Of a stretch of 64,000 bases of DNA, positions 1 to 11,029 are shown piece after piece; position 1 is the stretch's first letter; each line of letters opens with the position of its first letter. The notes under the pieces are model-generated. The model had not been told where the DNA came from. It saw nothing but the letters and a program-made list of their open reading frames with translations, and did not search any database. This DNA comes from an uncultured delta proteobacterium (lineage in GTDB: Bacteria > Desulfobacterota > Desulfomonilia > UBA1062), in NCBI GenBank assembly GCA_963785235.1, contig CAWAUM010000005.1, forward strand, positions 192,001-256,000. The letters are read 5' to 3'. The translations under genes were made by a program, and so were the position numbers.

Positions 1-2
1 AG

Positions 3-1121
3 ATCAAACGGATCGTAAGCACAATTCTAAAGAGCAGAAGGCCCGTTATCTATGCCGGCGGGGGCGTAGTAATCTCCAATGCCTCAGAGGAGCTCATTTC
101 CCTTGCCAGGCAACTTCGTATTCCGGTAACCACCACACTCATGGGACTTGGCGCTTTTCCTGCCGATGACCCGCTCTGGCTCGGCATGCTCGGTATGCAC
201 GGTACCTATGCAGCCAACATGGCCGTGACCGAGTCGGACTGCCTGATAGCCATAGGTGCCAGGTTCGATGACCGCGTTACAGGAAAGGTGGATGAGTTCT
301 CTCCCAAGGCCAGGATTATCCATATCGACATCGATCCCACCTCCATCAGTAAAAATGTCCGTGTTGACCTGCCCGTAGTTGGAGACTGCAAGTTCGTGCT
401 GACTGACATGCTTGATGGAATAAAGGAGAAGATTCATGATGTCCATGAACTTACCAGCGGCATCGGAGACTGGCTTGACCAGATAAATCAATGGAAGCAT
501 GAACAGCCCCTGCGTTATGAGCAAGGTGATTCGCTGAAACCTCAGTACGTGATCGAAAAAATAAACGAGCTTGCCCCTGAAGATACAATTATCTCAACCG
601 AGGTCGGCCAGAACCAGATGTGGACGGCACAGTTCTTCAAGTTCAACAAGCCGAGACACTTTCTCACCTCCGGAGGGCTTGGCACCATGGGCTATGGTTT
701 TCCTGCCGCCATTGGCGCCCAGGCGGCCTTTCCCGACCGTACGGTTATAGACATAGCAGGGGACGGCTCCATCCAGATGAACATCCAGGAGCTTGCCACT
801 GCAGTCCAGTACCAGCTGAACGTGAAGGTCATGATCATCAACAACGGCTTTCTGGGCATGGTAAGACAGTGGCAGTCGCTCTTTTACCGGGGCAGGTACT
901 CTCATACCTCAATGGCTTTTTCACCTGATTTCGTGAAACTGGCAGAGGCCTACGGTGCATATGGAATACGTGTGGATAAACCATCCGAGGTGGAGGGTGC
1001 CATACGCAAGGCCCTTTCCATAAAAGGCCCTGTCTTTGTTGATTTCCATGTGGAGCCGGAGGAGGATGTCTATCCGATGGTGCCGGCAGGCGCGCCTATA
1101 AACAACATGCTTCTGGTTTGA
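3..1121 (+). CDS. ilvB: Acetolactate synthase large subunit (5' partial; starts before window)
   Basis: Frame open from position 3 (IKRIV...YAGGG...TTLMGLG); [27 protein letters not shown], ThDP motif [15 protein letters not shown]. Confidence 0.96.
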   Translation: MKRIVSTILKSRRPVIYAGGGVVISNASEELISLARQLRIPVTTTLMGLGAFPADDPLWLGMLGMHGTYAANMAVTESDCLIAIGARFDDRVTGKVDEFSPKARIIHIDIDPTSISKNVRVDLPVVGDCKFVLTDMLDGIKEKIHDVHELTSGIGDWLDQINQWKHEQPLRYEQGDSLKPQYVIEKINELAPEDTIISTEVGQNQMWTAQFFKFNKPRHFLTSGGLGTMGYGFPAAIGAQAAFPDRTVIDIAGDGSIQMNIQELATAVQYQLNVKVMIINNGFLGMVRQWQSLFYRGRYSHTSMAFSPDFVKLAEAYGAYGIRVDKPSEVEGAIRKALSIKGPVFVDFHVEPEEDVYPMVPAGAPINNMLLV

Positions 1122-1129
1122 GGTATCTT

Positions 1130-2643
<1,514 letters not shown>

Positions 2644-2644
2644 C

Positions 2645-3268
2645 ATGAACATACGTAAGGAAGGTTTCCCGTTTATTGCAATCGCCACTGCCCTGTTCGG
2701 GCTGTTTTTTCTTACAGGCAAGCTAGCATTGCGCCTTCTGGGTCTCGTCCCTGTGCTCTTTGTCACCTGGTTCTTCCGGGACCCGGACCGGAGGGTGCCT
2801 GACGAGAAAGGGATTGTCGTCTCCCCTGCAGATGGTAAGGTTATCGAGGTCTATCAGACTGAAGATGGCAAAGTTGGACCGTGCACCAAGGTAGCGGTCT
2901 TCATGTCGGTATTCAGTGTTCATGTGAACCGCGCGCCAATGTCCGGAACAGTTCTGGAAGTACTCTACAAGCCCGGGGCGTTTCATGTAGCCAGCCTTGG
3001 CAAAAAGACCGAGGCGAACGAACGGATGATCACCTATATCGCTACCGATGACGGCATATTCAGGGTTGACCAGGTGGCAGGGCTTATCGCGCGGAGGATC
3101 ATATGCTGGCTTACACCTGGAGATAAGGTGATCCAGGGAGACAGGATCGGGCTTATCAGGTTCGGGTCGCTCCTTGAATGTTATCTACCAAAAGGTTATA
3201 CCGCGACCTGTGAGTGCGGGCAAATGGTACAAGCCGGAACAAGTGTGATCGGAAGGAGGAGCACATGA
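2645..3268 (+). CDS. psd: Phosphatidylserine decarboxylase proenzyme
   Basis: FFRDPDR, SPADGKV, VHVNRAP, QVAGLIARRI, self-cleavage motif RFGS. Confidence 0.93.
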   Translation: MNIRKEGFPFIAIATALFGLFFLTGKLALRLLGLVPVLFVTWFFRDPDRRVPDEKGIVVSPADGKVIEVYQTEDGKVGPCTKVAVFMSVFSVHVNRAPMSGTVLEVLYKPGAFHVASLGKKTEANERMITYIATDDGIFRVDQVAGLIARRIICWLTPGDKVIQGDRIGLIRFGSLLECYLPKGYTATCECGQMVQAGTSVIGRRST

Positions 3269-4083
3269 GACCGCTGAGAAAAAGACGTGAGGTAATTGAG
3301 AAACGGAAGAGGTCAGTGCCTTTTTTGCCGAATTTCATCACCACCATGAGTCTGTTCTGCGGCTTCTACTCCATCATGTTCTCTCTGAAGGCCGATTTTC
3401 ATAAGGCAGCTATTTTTATCATCATAGCTGCCTTTATAGATGGACTCGACGGGAGGGTGGCCCGTATGACGAACACCACCTCTGAGTTCGGCAAACAGTA
3501 TGATTCGCTTTCAGACCTGGTTGCCTTCGGTGTTGCTCCTGCCATAATGGTTTATCTCTGGCAGCTCAATGCCTTCGGCAGGCTGGGCTTCATCGCAACC
3601 TTCCTTTTTGTGGCCTGCGGGGCGTTGCGTCTGGCAAGGTTTAATGTTGACACATCAGGATCCATGACAAACTTTACCGGGCTTCCCATTCCGGTTGCCG
3701 CGGCCGGGGTGACCTGCACCTATCTGTTGACCGAGGAGATTGCCTCGATGATAGGGGTAACTATGACACTGGCGCCGGTGACGATCCTCATAGGTGTATA
3801 CATCCTGTCATTTCTTATGGTGAGCAACATCCCCTACCCGAGCTTCAAGCATGTCAACTACATCAAGGCGCATCCGTTCCAGCTTCTTGTAGCAGGTGTC
3901 CTGCTGCTCGGGGCTGTAGCGCTGAGACCTGAGATTATGCTCTTCGCCCTGGCCATGGCATTTATTGTGGGAGGGGCGCTTTGGAGTGGCTTAATGTACA
4001 TGATTCAGGCAAGAAATGAGAAGAAAGGGATAATAAAAGAAGATACCCATGAAGGCGTCGCAGGACATGATAATCATATTTGA
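3265..4083 (+). CDS. pssA: CDP-diacylglycerol--serine O-phosphatidyltransferase
   Basis: DGLDGRVAR...FGKQYDSLSDLVAFG CDP-alcohol motif, LRLARFN, FTGLPIP; ATG at 3265 overlaps psd stop. Confidence 0.93.
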   Translation: MRPLRKRREVIEKRKRSVPFLPNFITTMSLFCGFYSIMFSLKADFHKAAIFIIIAAFIDGLDGRVARMTNTTSEFGKQYDSLSDLVAFGVAPAIMVYLWQLNAFGRLGFIATFLFVACGALRLARFNVDTSGSMTNFTGLPIPVAAAGVTCTYLLTEEIASMIGVTMTLAPVTILIGVYILSFLMVSNIPYPSFKHVNYIKAHPFQLLVAGVLLLGAVALRPEIMLFALAMAFIVGGALWSGLMYMIQARNEKKGIIKEDTHEGVAGHDNHI

Positions 4084-4104
4084 TGCAACGAGGAGATAAT
4101 ACCT

Positions 4105-5370
4105 GTGGGAATGACTATAGCCGAAAAGATCCTGGCTGCGCATTCGCAGGTTGAAGTATTTCAGCCGGGAGACATTATAAAGGTTAATGTGGACGTGGCT
4201 CTGGCTAACGATATCACTGCGCCCATTGCCATTCAGGCCGTAAAGGAAAGCGGTGTTGAAAAGATTGCTTACGCCGATAAGGTCGTGTTCGTTCTCGATC
4301 ACTTCACGCCCAACAAGGACATCGCCTCTGCCAACCAGTGCAAGTATGTTCGGGATTTTGCACACCAGCAGGCCATCGAAAAATTTTTCGACGGCGGCGA
4401 GGCTGGCGTCGAGCATGCCCTGCTCCCTGAGAAAGGCCTTGTGCTGCCAGGCGACCTCATCATCGGGGCTGACAGCCACACCTGCACCTACGGCGCCCTG
4501 GGCGCGTTTGCAACAGGCGTAGGCAGCACGGACCTTGCTGGCGCCATGATAACAGGCCAGGCATGGATGAAGGTGCCTCGTACCATGAAGTTCGTCTTCA
4601 ACGGCACACTTCAGCCGTGGGTGGGAGGCAAGGACCTCATCCTGTATCTCATCGGCAAGATCGGGGTGGACGGCGCCCTGTACAAGGTCATGGAGATGGA
4701 AGGCCCTGCCATTTCGGCTTTAGAGCTTTCCGACCGCTTGAGCATGTCCAATATGGCAATCGAGGCAGGGGCCAAGGCAGGCATCATGGCTGCTGATGAA
4801 AAGACGATAAACTATGTCAAAGCACGCGCCACCAGGGGGTATACGGTTTTCAAGAGTGATGCGGATGCGGTTTATGATTCTCTCACCACCTTTGACTGCG
4901 GTGAAATAGAGCCCCAGGTGGCATTCCCCCACCTGCCTGAAAACGCAAGAGGTATCAGCGAGGCAGGGGAGGTAAGGATCGACCAGGTGGTTATCGGTTC
5001 GTGCACCAACGGGCGTATTGAAGATCTGCGCATTGCTGCACAGATCATGAAGGGCAACAAAGTGGCAAAGGGCCTGCGCTGCCTTATCCTGCCGGCAACA
5101 CCCGAGGTGTATGGCCGGGCCTTGGCCGAGGGAATCATTGACATCTTTCTCAAGGCCGGCTCCATCATCGGACCGCCCACGTGCGGCCCATGTCTGGGCG
5201 GACACATGGGCATCCTTGCCAAGGGCGAAAAGGGGCTTGCCACCACGAACCGGAACTTTGTTGGCAGGATGGGAGACACGGCAAGCGAGGTCTACCTCTG
5301 CGGGCCTGCTGTTGCAGCGGCCTCAGCTGTGACAGGCAAGATATCCGCGCCCCAGGAGGTGGTGAAATGA
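4105..5370 (+). CDS. leuC: 3-isopropylmalate dehydratase large subunit
   Basis: GADSHTCTYGA, IGSCTNGR, CGPCLG [4Fe-4S] cysteines, TNRNFVGRMG. Confidence 0.93.
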   Translation: MGMTIAEKILAAHSQVEVFQPGDIIKVNVDVALANDITAPIAIQAVKESGVEKIAYADKVVFVLDHFTPNKDIASANQCKYVRDFAHQQAIEKFFDGGEAGVEHALLPEKGLVLPGDLIIGADSHTCTYGALGAFATGVGSTDLAGAMITGQAWMKVPRTMKFVFNGTLQPWVGGKDLILYLIGKIGVDGALYKVMEMEGPAISALELSDRLSMSNMAIEAGAKAGIMAADEKTINYVKARATRGYTVFKSDADAVYDSLTTFDCGEIEPQVAFPHLPENARGISEAGEVRIDQVVIGSCTNGRIEDLRIAAQIMKGNKVAKGLRCLILPATPEVYGRALAEGIIDIFLKAGSIIGPPTCGPCLGGHMGILAKGEKGLATTNRNFVGRMGDTASEVYLCGPAVAAASAVTGKISAPQEVVK

Positions 5371-5861
5371 ACTTTAAAGGAAGGGCTTTCAAATTCGGCA
5401 ACGACGTGGACACCGATGCCATCATCCCGGCCCGGTACCTGAGCACCTCAGACCCCGAGACATTGAAAAAGCACTGCATGGAAGATGCCGATCCCGAGTT
5501 TCCCGGCAAGGTAAAGAAGGGCGACATCATCGTTGCAGGCAAGAACTTCGGGTGCGGGTCATCCCGCGAGCATGCACCTATCGCCATCAAGGCATGCGGG
5601 GTCAGTTGCGTCATAGCGCCGAGTTTTGCGCGAATCTTTTTCCGCAACAGCTTCAACATGGGGCTTCCCATCTTTGAATCGGACGAGGCGGCTACCGCCA
5701 TTGCCGAGGGCGATACGGTGGAGGTGGACGCTGACAGCGGTCTCATAAAGGATCTCACCACCGGGAGCCAATTTCAGGCACGCCCAATACCGTCGTTCAT
5801 GCAGGAGCTCATTGCTGACGGCGGGCTGATGGAACATATCCAGAAGACTGGGGGTATCTAG
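5367..5861 (+). CDS. leuD: 3-isopropylmalate dehydratase small subunit
   Basis: DVDTDAIIPARYL, NFGCGSSREHAP, SFARIFFRN; true start 5367 (ATGA overlap with leuC). Confidence 0.94.
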   Translation: MNFKGRAFKFGNDVDTDAIIPARYLSTSDPETLKKHCMEDADPEFPGKVKKGDIIVAGKNFGCGSSREHAPIAIKACGVSCVIAPSFARIFFRNSFNMGLPIFESDEAATAIAEGDTVEVDADSGLIKDLTTGSQFQARPIPSFMQELIADGGLMEHIQKTGGI

Positions 5862-6297
5862 CTCTTTTCGCCCTGGAAGTTGTTATAGAGTTTTTCTCGA
5901 ATTTGCAGATATTAGAGGGGGCATAGTGCCGGTTATCATTTTTGAGCTTTTCCTGTGGTCTGTGTTCCTTGCGAATCTATTTCTTGCGGGTCATCACTTT
6001 CAAGAAATATGAAAAACCATAAAGTTATCGCGTGAGATCAATGGTTTCAAGATTTAAAGAATAGTTGACCCACTACCTATTATATTCTTCTCTTGAAACA
6101 ACTTTACTCTTGAAGGGACGATTTATTATTGCTATATAATAATGACGTTTCATTACTTGATATGAGTAGGAGGAATTCTCGTCGTGGCCTGTAGGAATAT
6201 GAAATTGAGAATTCGTATTAACAATAGATTAAACACATTATTATTGCATTCAATATGGTCTGCATTTTTCTTCAGATGAACTGTTAGAGGTATCACT

Positions 6298-6885
6298 ATG
6301 ATAATACTAAAAAGCATTCTTGTAATGATTCTAACTTTTACAGCCCTGCTCCCAACCTTGGGTTTTAGTACAGTATTGCAGGTGACCTGGAGTGCTAATA
6401 CCGAGAACGACCTGGCAGGTTATAAAGTATACTGCGGTACTCAATCAAAAATCTATGGACAGCCTATTGATGTTGGAAAAGCAAGAAGCTATCAGATCAA
6501 TAATGTCCTGGGCGGAACTTCCTACTATGTGTCATTGACTGCCTATGACACCTCTGGAAATGAATCAGCCAAATCAGGAGAAAAGAGTATAAATGTCCCT
6601 TATACCATTACTCTTGTTTCTCCTTCTAATGGTGCAACTTGCTCGTCAAATCCGACGCTTACATGGATGGGGAATGGGTTCAAGAGCTATAGGGTATTTA
6701 TCTCCATCACCGGTGGGTTGATCTACACCCAGGTCTACTCAGGAAGCAATACCTGCACCACACTTGATCCATTCCTGATTTGGCTCTTTATCCCACCGTT
6801 CATCCCTGTTACCTGGTATGTTGAGGGAACAACTTTGAATGGTCAGATCATAAATAGCAAAAGCAGTACGTTCACCAAGAGATAA
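6298..6885 (+). CDS. Secreted fibronectin type III domain protein
   Basis: Signal peptide; VTWSANTENDLAGYKVY...YYVSLTAYDTSGNES Fn3 signature; second beta-sandwich-like segment. Confidence 0.75.
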   Translation: MIILKSILVMILTFTALLPTLGFSTVLQVTWSANTENDLAGYKVYCGTQSKIYGQPIDVGKARSYQINNVLGGTSYYVSLTAYDTSGNESAKSGEKSINVPYTITLVSPSNGATCSSNPTLTWMGNGFKSYRVFISITGGLIYTQVYSGSNTCTTLDPFLIWLFIPPFIPVTWYVEGTTLNGQIINSKSSTFTKR

Positions 6886-6992
6886 GTATACCTTAACAAT
6901 TAACAAGAATTTCAAAATTGATCAGGAGATCATCTGTTTTAGGATTTCTCAAGACCTTGATGATATAGCAGTTATGTTCACTACGATAAAAG

Positions 6993-7331
6993 TTATGAAT
7001 CCTTGGATTTCAGATTTATGCGTATAAGAAAGCTTTCCGTATCAGACATATCGCCGATAATCTTTCTCAGTGGCTGGGGGAGTTTCTTGATGAGCGTTGG
7101 TGTGGCAATAATCTGCTCTTCCTGGGCCAGCTTGGGCTGCTGGTAGATGTCTATCACCTCAAGTTCGTAGCGGCCTTCCAGGTAGGTTTCACAGAGTTTT
7201 TTGACCTTGGTGATTGCTTCGGTTGACTTTGGGGTCATCCCTGTAACATACAGCTGAAGGACATGCTTCGCCTGGTCTCGCAATGCTGCCGCTTTTTCAA
7301 ATTCCTTAGTGCTCGTTTTCACTCTCTTCAT
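6993..7331 (-). CDS. kaiB: KaiB-family (circadian clock KaiB-like) protein
   Basis: LQLYVTGMTPKS, YELEVIDIYQQP, IIATPTLIKKLPQPLRKIIGDMSD. Confidence 0.9.
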   Translation of the reverse strand: MKRVKTSTKEFEKAAALRDQAKHVLQLYVTGMTPKSTEAITKVKKLCETYLEGRYELEVIDIYQQPKLAQEEQIIATPTLIKKLPQPLRKIIGDMSDTESFLIRINLKSKDS

Positions 7332-7471
7332 CTATGTCTCTGTTTCACCAAATTGATTTTTCACTTCATCAAGCCATAGGTAAGTCTAACTATCTTAATA
7401 CTGAGCTTGGTCAAGTCAAGGTATTCATCGGGACAGGGAAGAGGTGACAGAGCTGACCAACTGAAAAATGA

Positions 7472-7487
7472 TGGCAAAAACCATGCA
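7472..7487 (+). promoter_or_regulatory. Putative sigma54 (-24/-12) promoter
   Basis: TGGCAAAAACCATGCA has GG and GC at consensus spacing (TGGCAC-N5-TTGCA), 84 bp upstream of a small ORF. Confidence 0.5.
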
Positions 7488-7570
7488 ACATATTTTCTTC
7501 TACTTAATTAAAACCCTTATCACTATATGTTCCATCTAAAATTATGACAAAGTAATAAAGGAGGCATATT

Positions 7571-7642
7571 ATGGAAAATTGTTTAGAGTGTATAAAAGAT
7601 GGTGGTGGAGAAGGTTGTCTACCTTTATGCAAATTAGATTAA
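7571..7642 (+). CDS. Putative 23-aa Cys-rich small protein MENCLECIKDGGGEGCLPLCKLD
   Basis: AAAGGAGG RBS with short spacer to ATG; four Cys (CxxC-x8-CxxxC); terminator starts 4 nt after stop; below the ORF-track cutoff. Confidence 0.6.
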   Translation: MENCLECIKDGGGEGCLPLCKLD

Positions 7643-7645
7643 TTA

Positions 7646-7678
7646 ATAAAGGGGGAATCAATTAAATTCCCCCTTTAT
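7646..7678. terminator. Perfect inverted repeat, probable bidirectional intrinsic terminator
   Basis: ATAAAGGGGGAAT-caattaa-ATTCCCCCTTTAT between the convergent small ORF and the DUF2156 gene. Confidence 0.75.
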
Positions 7679-7956
7679 CAAATCCCTTTCCTGATGATTA
7701 TGTGCTGAACTGTGGAGTCTTAAATAATATGTTCTATGTGTAGATTTCGTTATGGTCTGGGATGAAGTGATCTTCATATGTTTCAAACAAAGATCATAGT
7801 TTTTAGGGCCTTTGGAATGCACCAAGTTATCGCAGAAATCTCTGGTTCATGATCTGAGATTGCGGCCGAACATTACGAGATTACGCAGTTATTTCTAAGC
7901 AATTAATTTACTAAGTCCAGGCAATAACAGCTTCGAATAGAGGTGTTTTCAAGCCT

Positions 7957-9012
7957 TCACATGAAGTTGGACAGCTTGAACATGACCAGGAAGGGTATGG
8001 TAGGGAGTTTTTCCCTATGCGCCCCGAACACCTTCGTTTCTGTGCCGCCGAACCGTGATTTGGTGAAATACAGCCCCTTGAAGCTGAATATCCAGTTGCC
8101 ATAATTGTACAGGAGACGATTGATCTTTTTCTGTATGCCCGATTCGCAGGGCATGTCATCATCTTCGATCACCAGGGGGCACAGGCCGAGGTTGATATGC
8201 TCCACGCCTTCAAGTTTGAATACCTCCATGGCATGGTTCATGAGCGGGTAGAAGATGCCCGATTTAAATCTGTTGGAAAAACGAGAAATGTTGGGTACAT
8301 AGCCGATGATGCGGTTATCGGAATAGATGGGATCGAAAAAGATGAATCCCACAAGTTCTCCGTTCAGATATGCATAGAATTTTCTCGTTCCCTCTTCATA
8401 TTCCATTTCCATGGGTCTTATGAGGAACCCGATCTCGCGGTTTCTTACCTTGCGTGTCTTCAACCATTCACCCGTAAGCTGACGGCATCCATTGCCGGGG
8501 CAGTCTTCGCTGAAGACAACCCCTTCTTTCCTGGCATGATTTACCGATGTCCTTATGATCTGCTTTTTCTTGCCTTTCAGGTCCCAATTTTCGAGATCCA
8601 GCAGGATTTCGACCCCGAATTGAGTGGCATAAAATCCGAATCTATTGTGGAGCAGCATTGCCGTTTCTTCTGAGATCTGCACAAAGGTTGTATGCGTGCC
8701 GCCTTTGAGAAATTCCCTGAGCAGAATCTCTCGGTCCTTCATGTCGCAAACGGGATCAGCGAGTGATAAACGATTACCCCATTTTTCTCTGAAGGCCATA
8801 AAGCCTAGGCCGGGTACGTCGAAATAGTGCATTTCAGGCTGAAGAATTGAAAAGGACATACAATGGGTTCCATACTTCCTGAGGTATGAAAGCCGTTCTT
8901 CAAGGGTAAAGAGATCAACCCCTCCCGTGATCCTTGGCCGGTAGAGGTCTATGGGAACAATCTTGGCCCTCGAAATGTCTGCACGTGGTTTAGTCTGTGC
9001 CAGAGTACTCAC
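7957..9012 (-). CDS. Stand-alone DUF2156 / LPG_synthase_C (MprF C-terminal-like) aminoacyl-tRNA-dependent transferase domain protein
   Basis: LADPVC, FGVE..LDL..WDLKGKKKQIIRTSVNHARKEG, LVGFIFFDP, INLGLCP, FSFKGLYFTKSRF; no transmembrane flippase region. Confidence 0.8.
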   Translation of the reverse strand: MSTLAQTKPRADISRAKIVPIDLYRPRITGGVDLFTLEERLSYLRKYGTHCMSFSILQPEMHYFDVPGLGFMAFREKWGNRLSLADPVCDMKDREILLREFLKGGTHTTFVQISEETAMLLHNRFGFYATQFGVEILLDLENWDLKGKKKQIIRTSVNHARKEGVVFSEDCPGNGCRQLTGEWLKTRKVRNREIGFLIRPMEMEYEEGTRKFYAYLNGELVGFIFFDPIYSDNRIIGYVPNISRFSNRFKSGIFYPLMNHAMEVFKLEGVEHINLGLCPLVIEDDDMPCESGIQKKINRLLYNYGNWIFSFKGLYFTKSRFGGTETKVFGAHREKLPTIPFLVMFKLSNFM

Positions 9013-9054
9013 GTAGGTGTATCTCCTTTTAAGGTTTTTCTAATCAACAATATC

Positions 9055-10662
9055 CTAGCGGTTTTTCCCCAAACGCTCATGGCTCGTGACCCAGTCCAGC
9101 GATGCGATGGCTCCGGCAAGGGAGATCTCACCGGCCGTTGCTGCAGCGGCAACGATCTCTGCAAATTTCAAGACCTTGCCCTGGCCATAACAGTCAAGTG
9201 ATTCCAGGCATTCACGCTGGGTGGGCAGCCCCGTACCGCCGCCATATGTGGCCACGATCAGAGAGGTAAGTGTCAGCGACCCATAAAAATCACCTTCCGG
9301 TGTGACCTCGGTACATACCATACCGGCAGATGATTCGGATACGTTCGCCACATCCTGGCCCGTTGCCATGAAGATTGCGGCCAGGGCATTGGCTGCATGG
9401 AGACCGTTACTCGAAGCACCTGCCATGAAGGCCCCGGTCTGGCAGGCCCTGCATAGGTAATCCAGCGTAACAGGGTCAACCCTCATATGCTGGATCATTA
9501 CCTCTTTCGGGATGTGGATCTCGCCAATGACCCTCTTGCCGCGGGTGATCAGGTTGTTGATGAAAGAGGCCTTCTTGTCAGTGGAGATGTTTCCGTCCAG
9601 ATAGAAGTGACGAACTGTATTCACCTGGGAGAGTATCCAGTTGGATGCCGTGTATGTACACATGCTGACCATGTTTTGTCCGGCGGCATCGCCGGTGAAG
9701 TAGTTGAATCTAACGTATACGAGCCTGCTGGCCATATACTTCTCTATAGACAGGAGCTTTGCAACCTTTGAGGCGGACTCGGCATGCATCCTGATCTCAT
9801 CCATATGTTCATCGATCCACAGCATGAAGTCCCTGCCTTCACGTGCCGAATCGAAGGCAAATGCCGGCGAGCGCTGCATGTGATCTTCAACTACGGTAAC
9901 CTTTACGCCCCCGCACATATTGATGAGTTTCATCCCCCGGCTATAGGATGCCACCAGACTTCCTTCGCTCGTGCACATGGGGATGAAGAATTCACCCTTG
10001 GCATGTTCGCCATTAACCTTGAGCGGTCCGGCAAACCCCAGGGGGATCTGCGCCACGCCGGTGAAATTCTCAATATTTCCCTTGGTGAGGATGGGGTCAA
10101 AGGAATGTTGCTTTATATGCTTGAACTGGGCGCCGGTGTACCCTTCTAAAAACTCCTGCCGCTGCCGGACAATATCCATGTTGTAGTTGTCAAGCTTGTC
10201 ATAGGGCATCTTCTTCTGGGCTTCTCTGGCCTCGATGACTGAGTCTGAGGCCTCCAGATCCAGTAATCCATAAAGATCAGTGTGGAAGGATATGGTTATA
10301 GTGTGCTGTGTGTTTTTTGCTAACGCCGTTGTCCGCACAGTGAATTCCACATCTTCGCCCATGGGGAAAGCAAGGGGTTGTTCCGGGTTTATCAGGGGGG
10401 CATTGAGGCAGGTTCCATTGCTCTTCATGGTTATGTCATCCAATGCGATTTCAAGCCCGTTGATGGAGATGCCAGCGAGTTCGGTGATCAGGGCATCCTT
10501 CATGGGGTTTTTCATGGAGAAATACACACCGTCATCAAGGTTTTTCAAGGTCCCGATAGAATAGATCTTCTTCATAATGATCGGTGGTATGGCAACATGA
10601 CTCTTGTTCTCTTGAGTATTGCGGATCAGCACAAGCCCTGACTCTTTTGTTGTATTGCCCAT
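9055..10662 (-). CDS. HMG-CoA reductase (class I-like) with ~150-aa extra N-terminal domain
   Basis: NIENFTG, PMCTSEGSLVAS, GDAAGQNM, NISTDKK, ATGQDVANV, TYGGGTGLPTQ, C-terminal SHERLG; catalytic E/K/D/H positions present. Confidence 0.88.
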   Translation of the reverse strand: MGNTTKESGLVLIRNTQENKSHVAIPPIIMKKIYSIGTLKNLDDGVYFSMKNPMKDALITELAGISINGLEIALDDITMKSNGTCLNAPLINPEQPLAFPMGEDVEFTVRTTALAKNTQHTITISFHTDLYGLLDLEASDSVIEAREAQKKMPYDKLDNYNMDIVRQRQEFLEGYTGAQFKHIKQHSFDPILTKGNIENFTGVAQIPLGFAGPLKVNGEHAKGEFFIPMCTSEGSLVASYSRGMKLINMCGGVKVTVVEDHMQRSPAFAFDSAREGRDFMLWIDEHMDEIRMHAESASKVAKLLSIEKYMASRLVYVRFNYFTGDAAGQNMVSMCTYTASNWILSQVNTVRHFYLDGNISTDKKASFINNLITRGKRVIGEIHIPKEVMIQHMRVDPVTLDYLCRACQTGAFMAGASSNGLHAANALAAIFMATGQDVANVSESSAGMVCTEVTPEGDFYGSLTLTSLIVATYGGGTGLPTQRECLESLDCYGQGKVLKFAEIVAAAATAGEISLAGAIASLDWVTSHERLGKNR

Positions 10663-11029
10663 TCGTTTTCCCTCTCGTTGAAGTATGAGATTTTATCCCA
10701 GCCAGTAATTATACGTTTTCAGATAGAGATAATGCCAAACTTATTTTTAATCAAAAATCATGCCAGGGAAAAGACAGGGTGAATATGGCAATAACCAACT
10801 GAATATACAAAAGATAAATATAACATTGTATCCATATGTAAATAATTCAATATGTGTAGAGGAAATCTTCTTCCGTTCTAAGAGAAGAAGATTCCTTTTC
10901 ATGTCAAGCCAACGCGTGGGATTACATCAAAAACTGTAATTTAAGTGAGTTGTTTTCAGTTCATTTAGTGTTAGTGCCGCATCCTTTTTTCTGCTAATAA
11001 CTTGCTACGATAATATCTGGAGAAAGCCT

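Noticed and set aside
2645-4083. Phospholipid genes psd-pssA embedded in the ilv-leu operon
   Set aside because: As I recall, this is a common deltaproteobacterial arrangement, so not novel.
10750-10765. Sigma54-like TGGCATGATTTTTGAT on the minus strand upstream of HMGR
   Set aside because: The -12 element reads GA instead of the conserved GC; plausible but unsupported.
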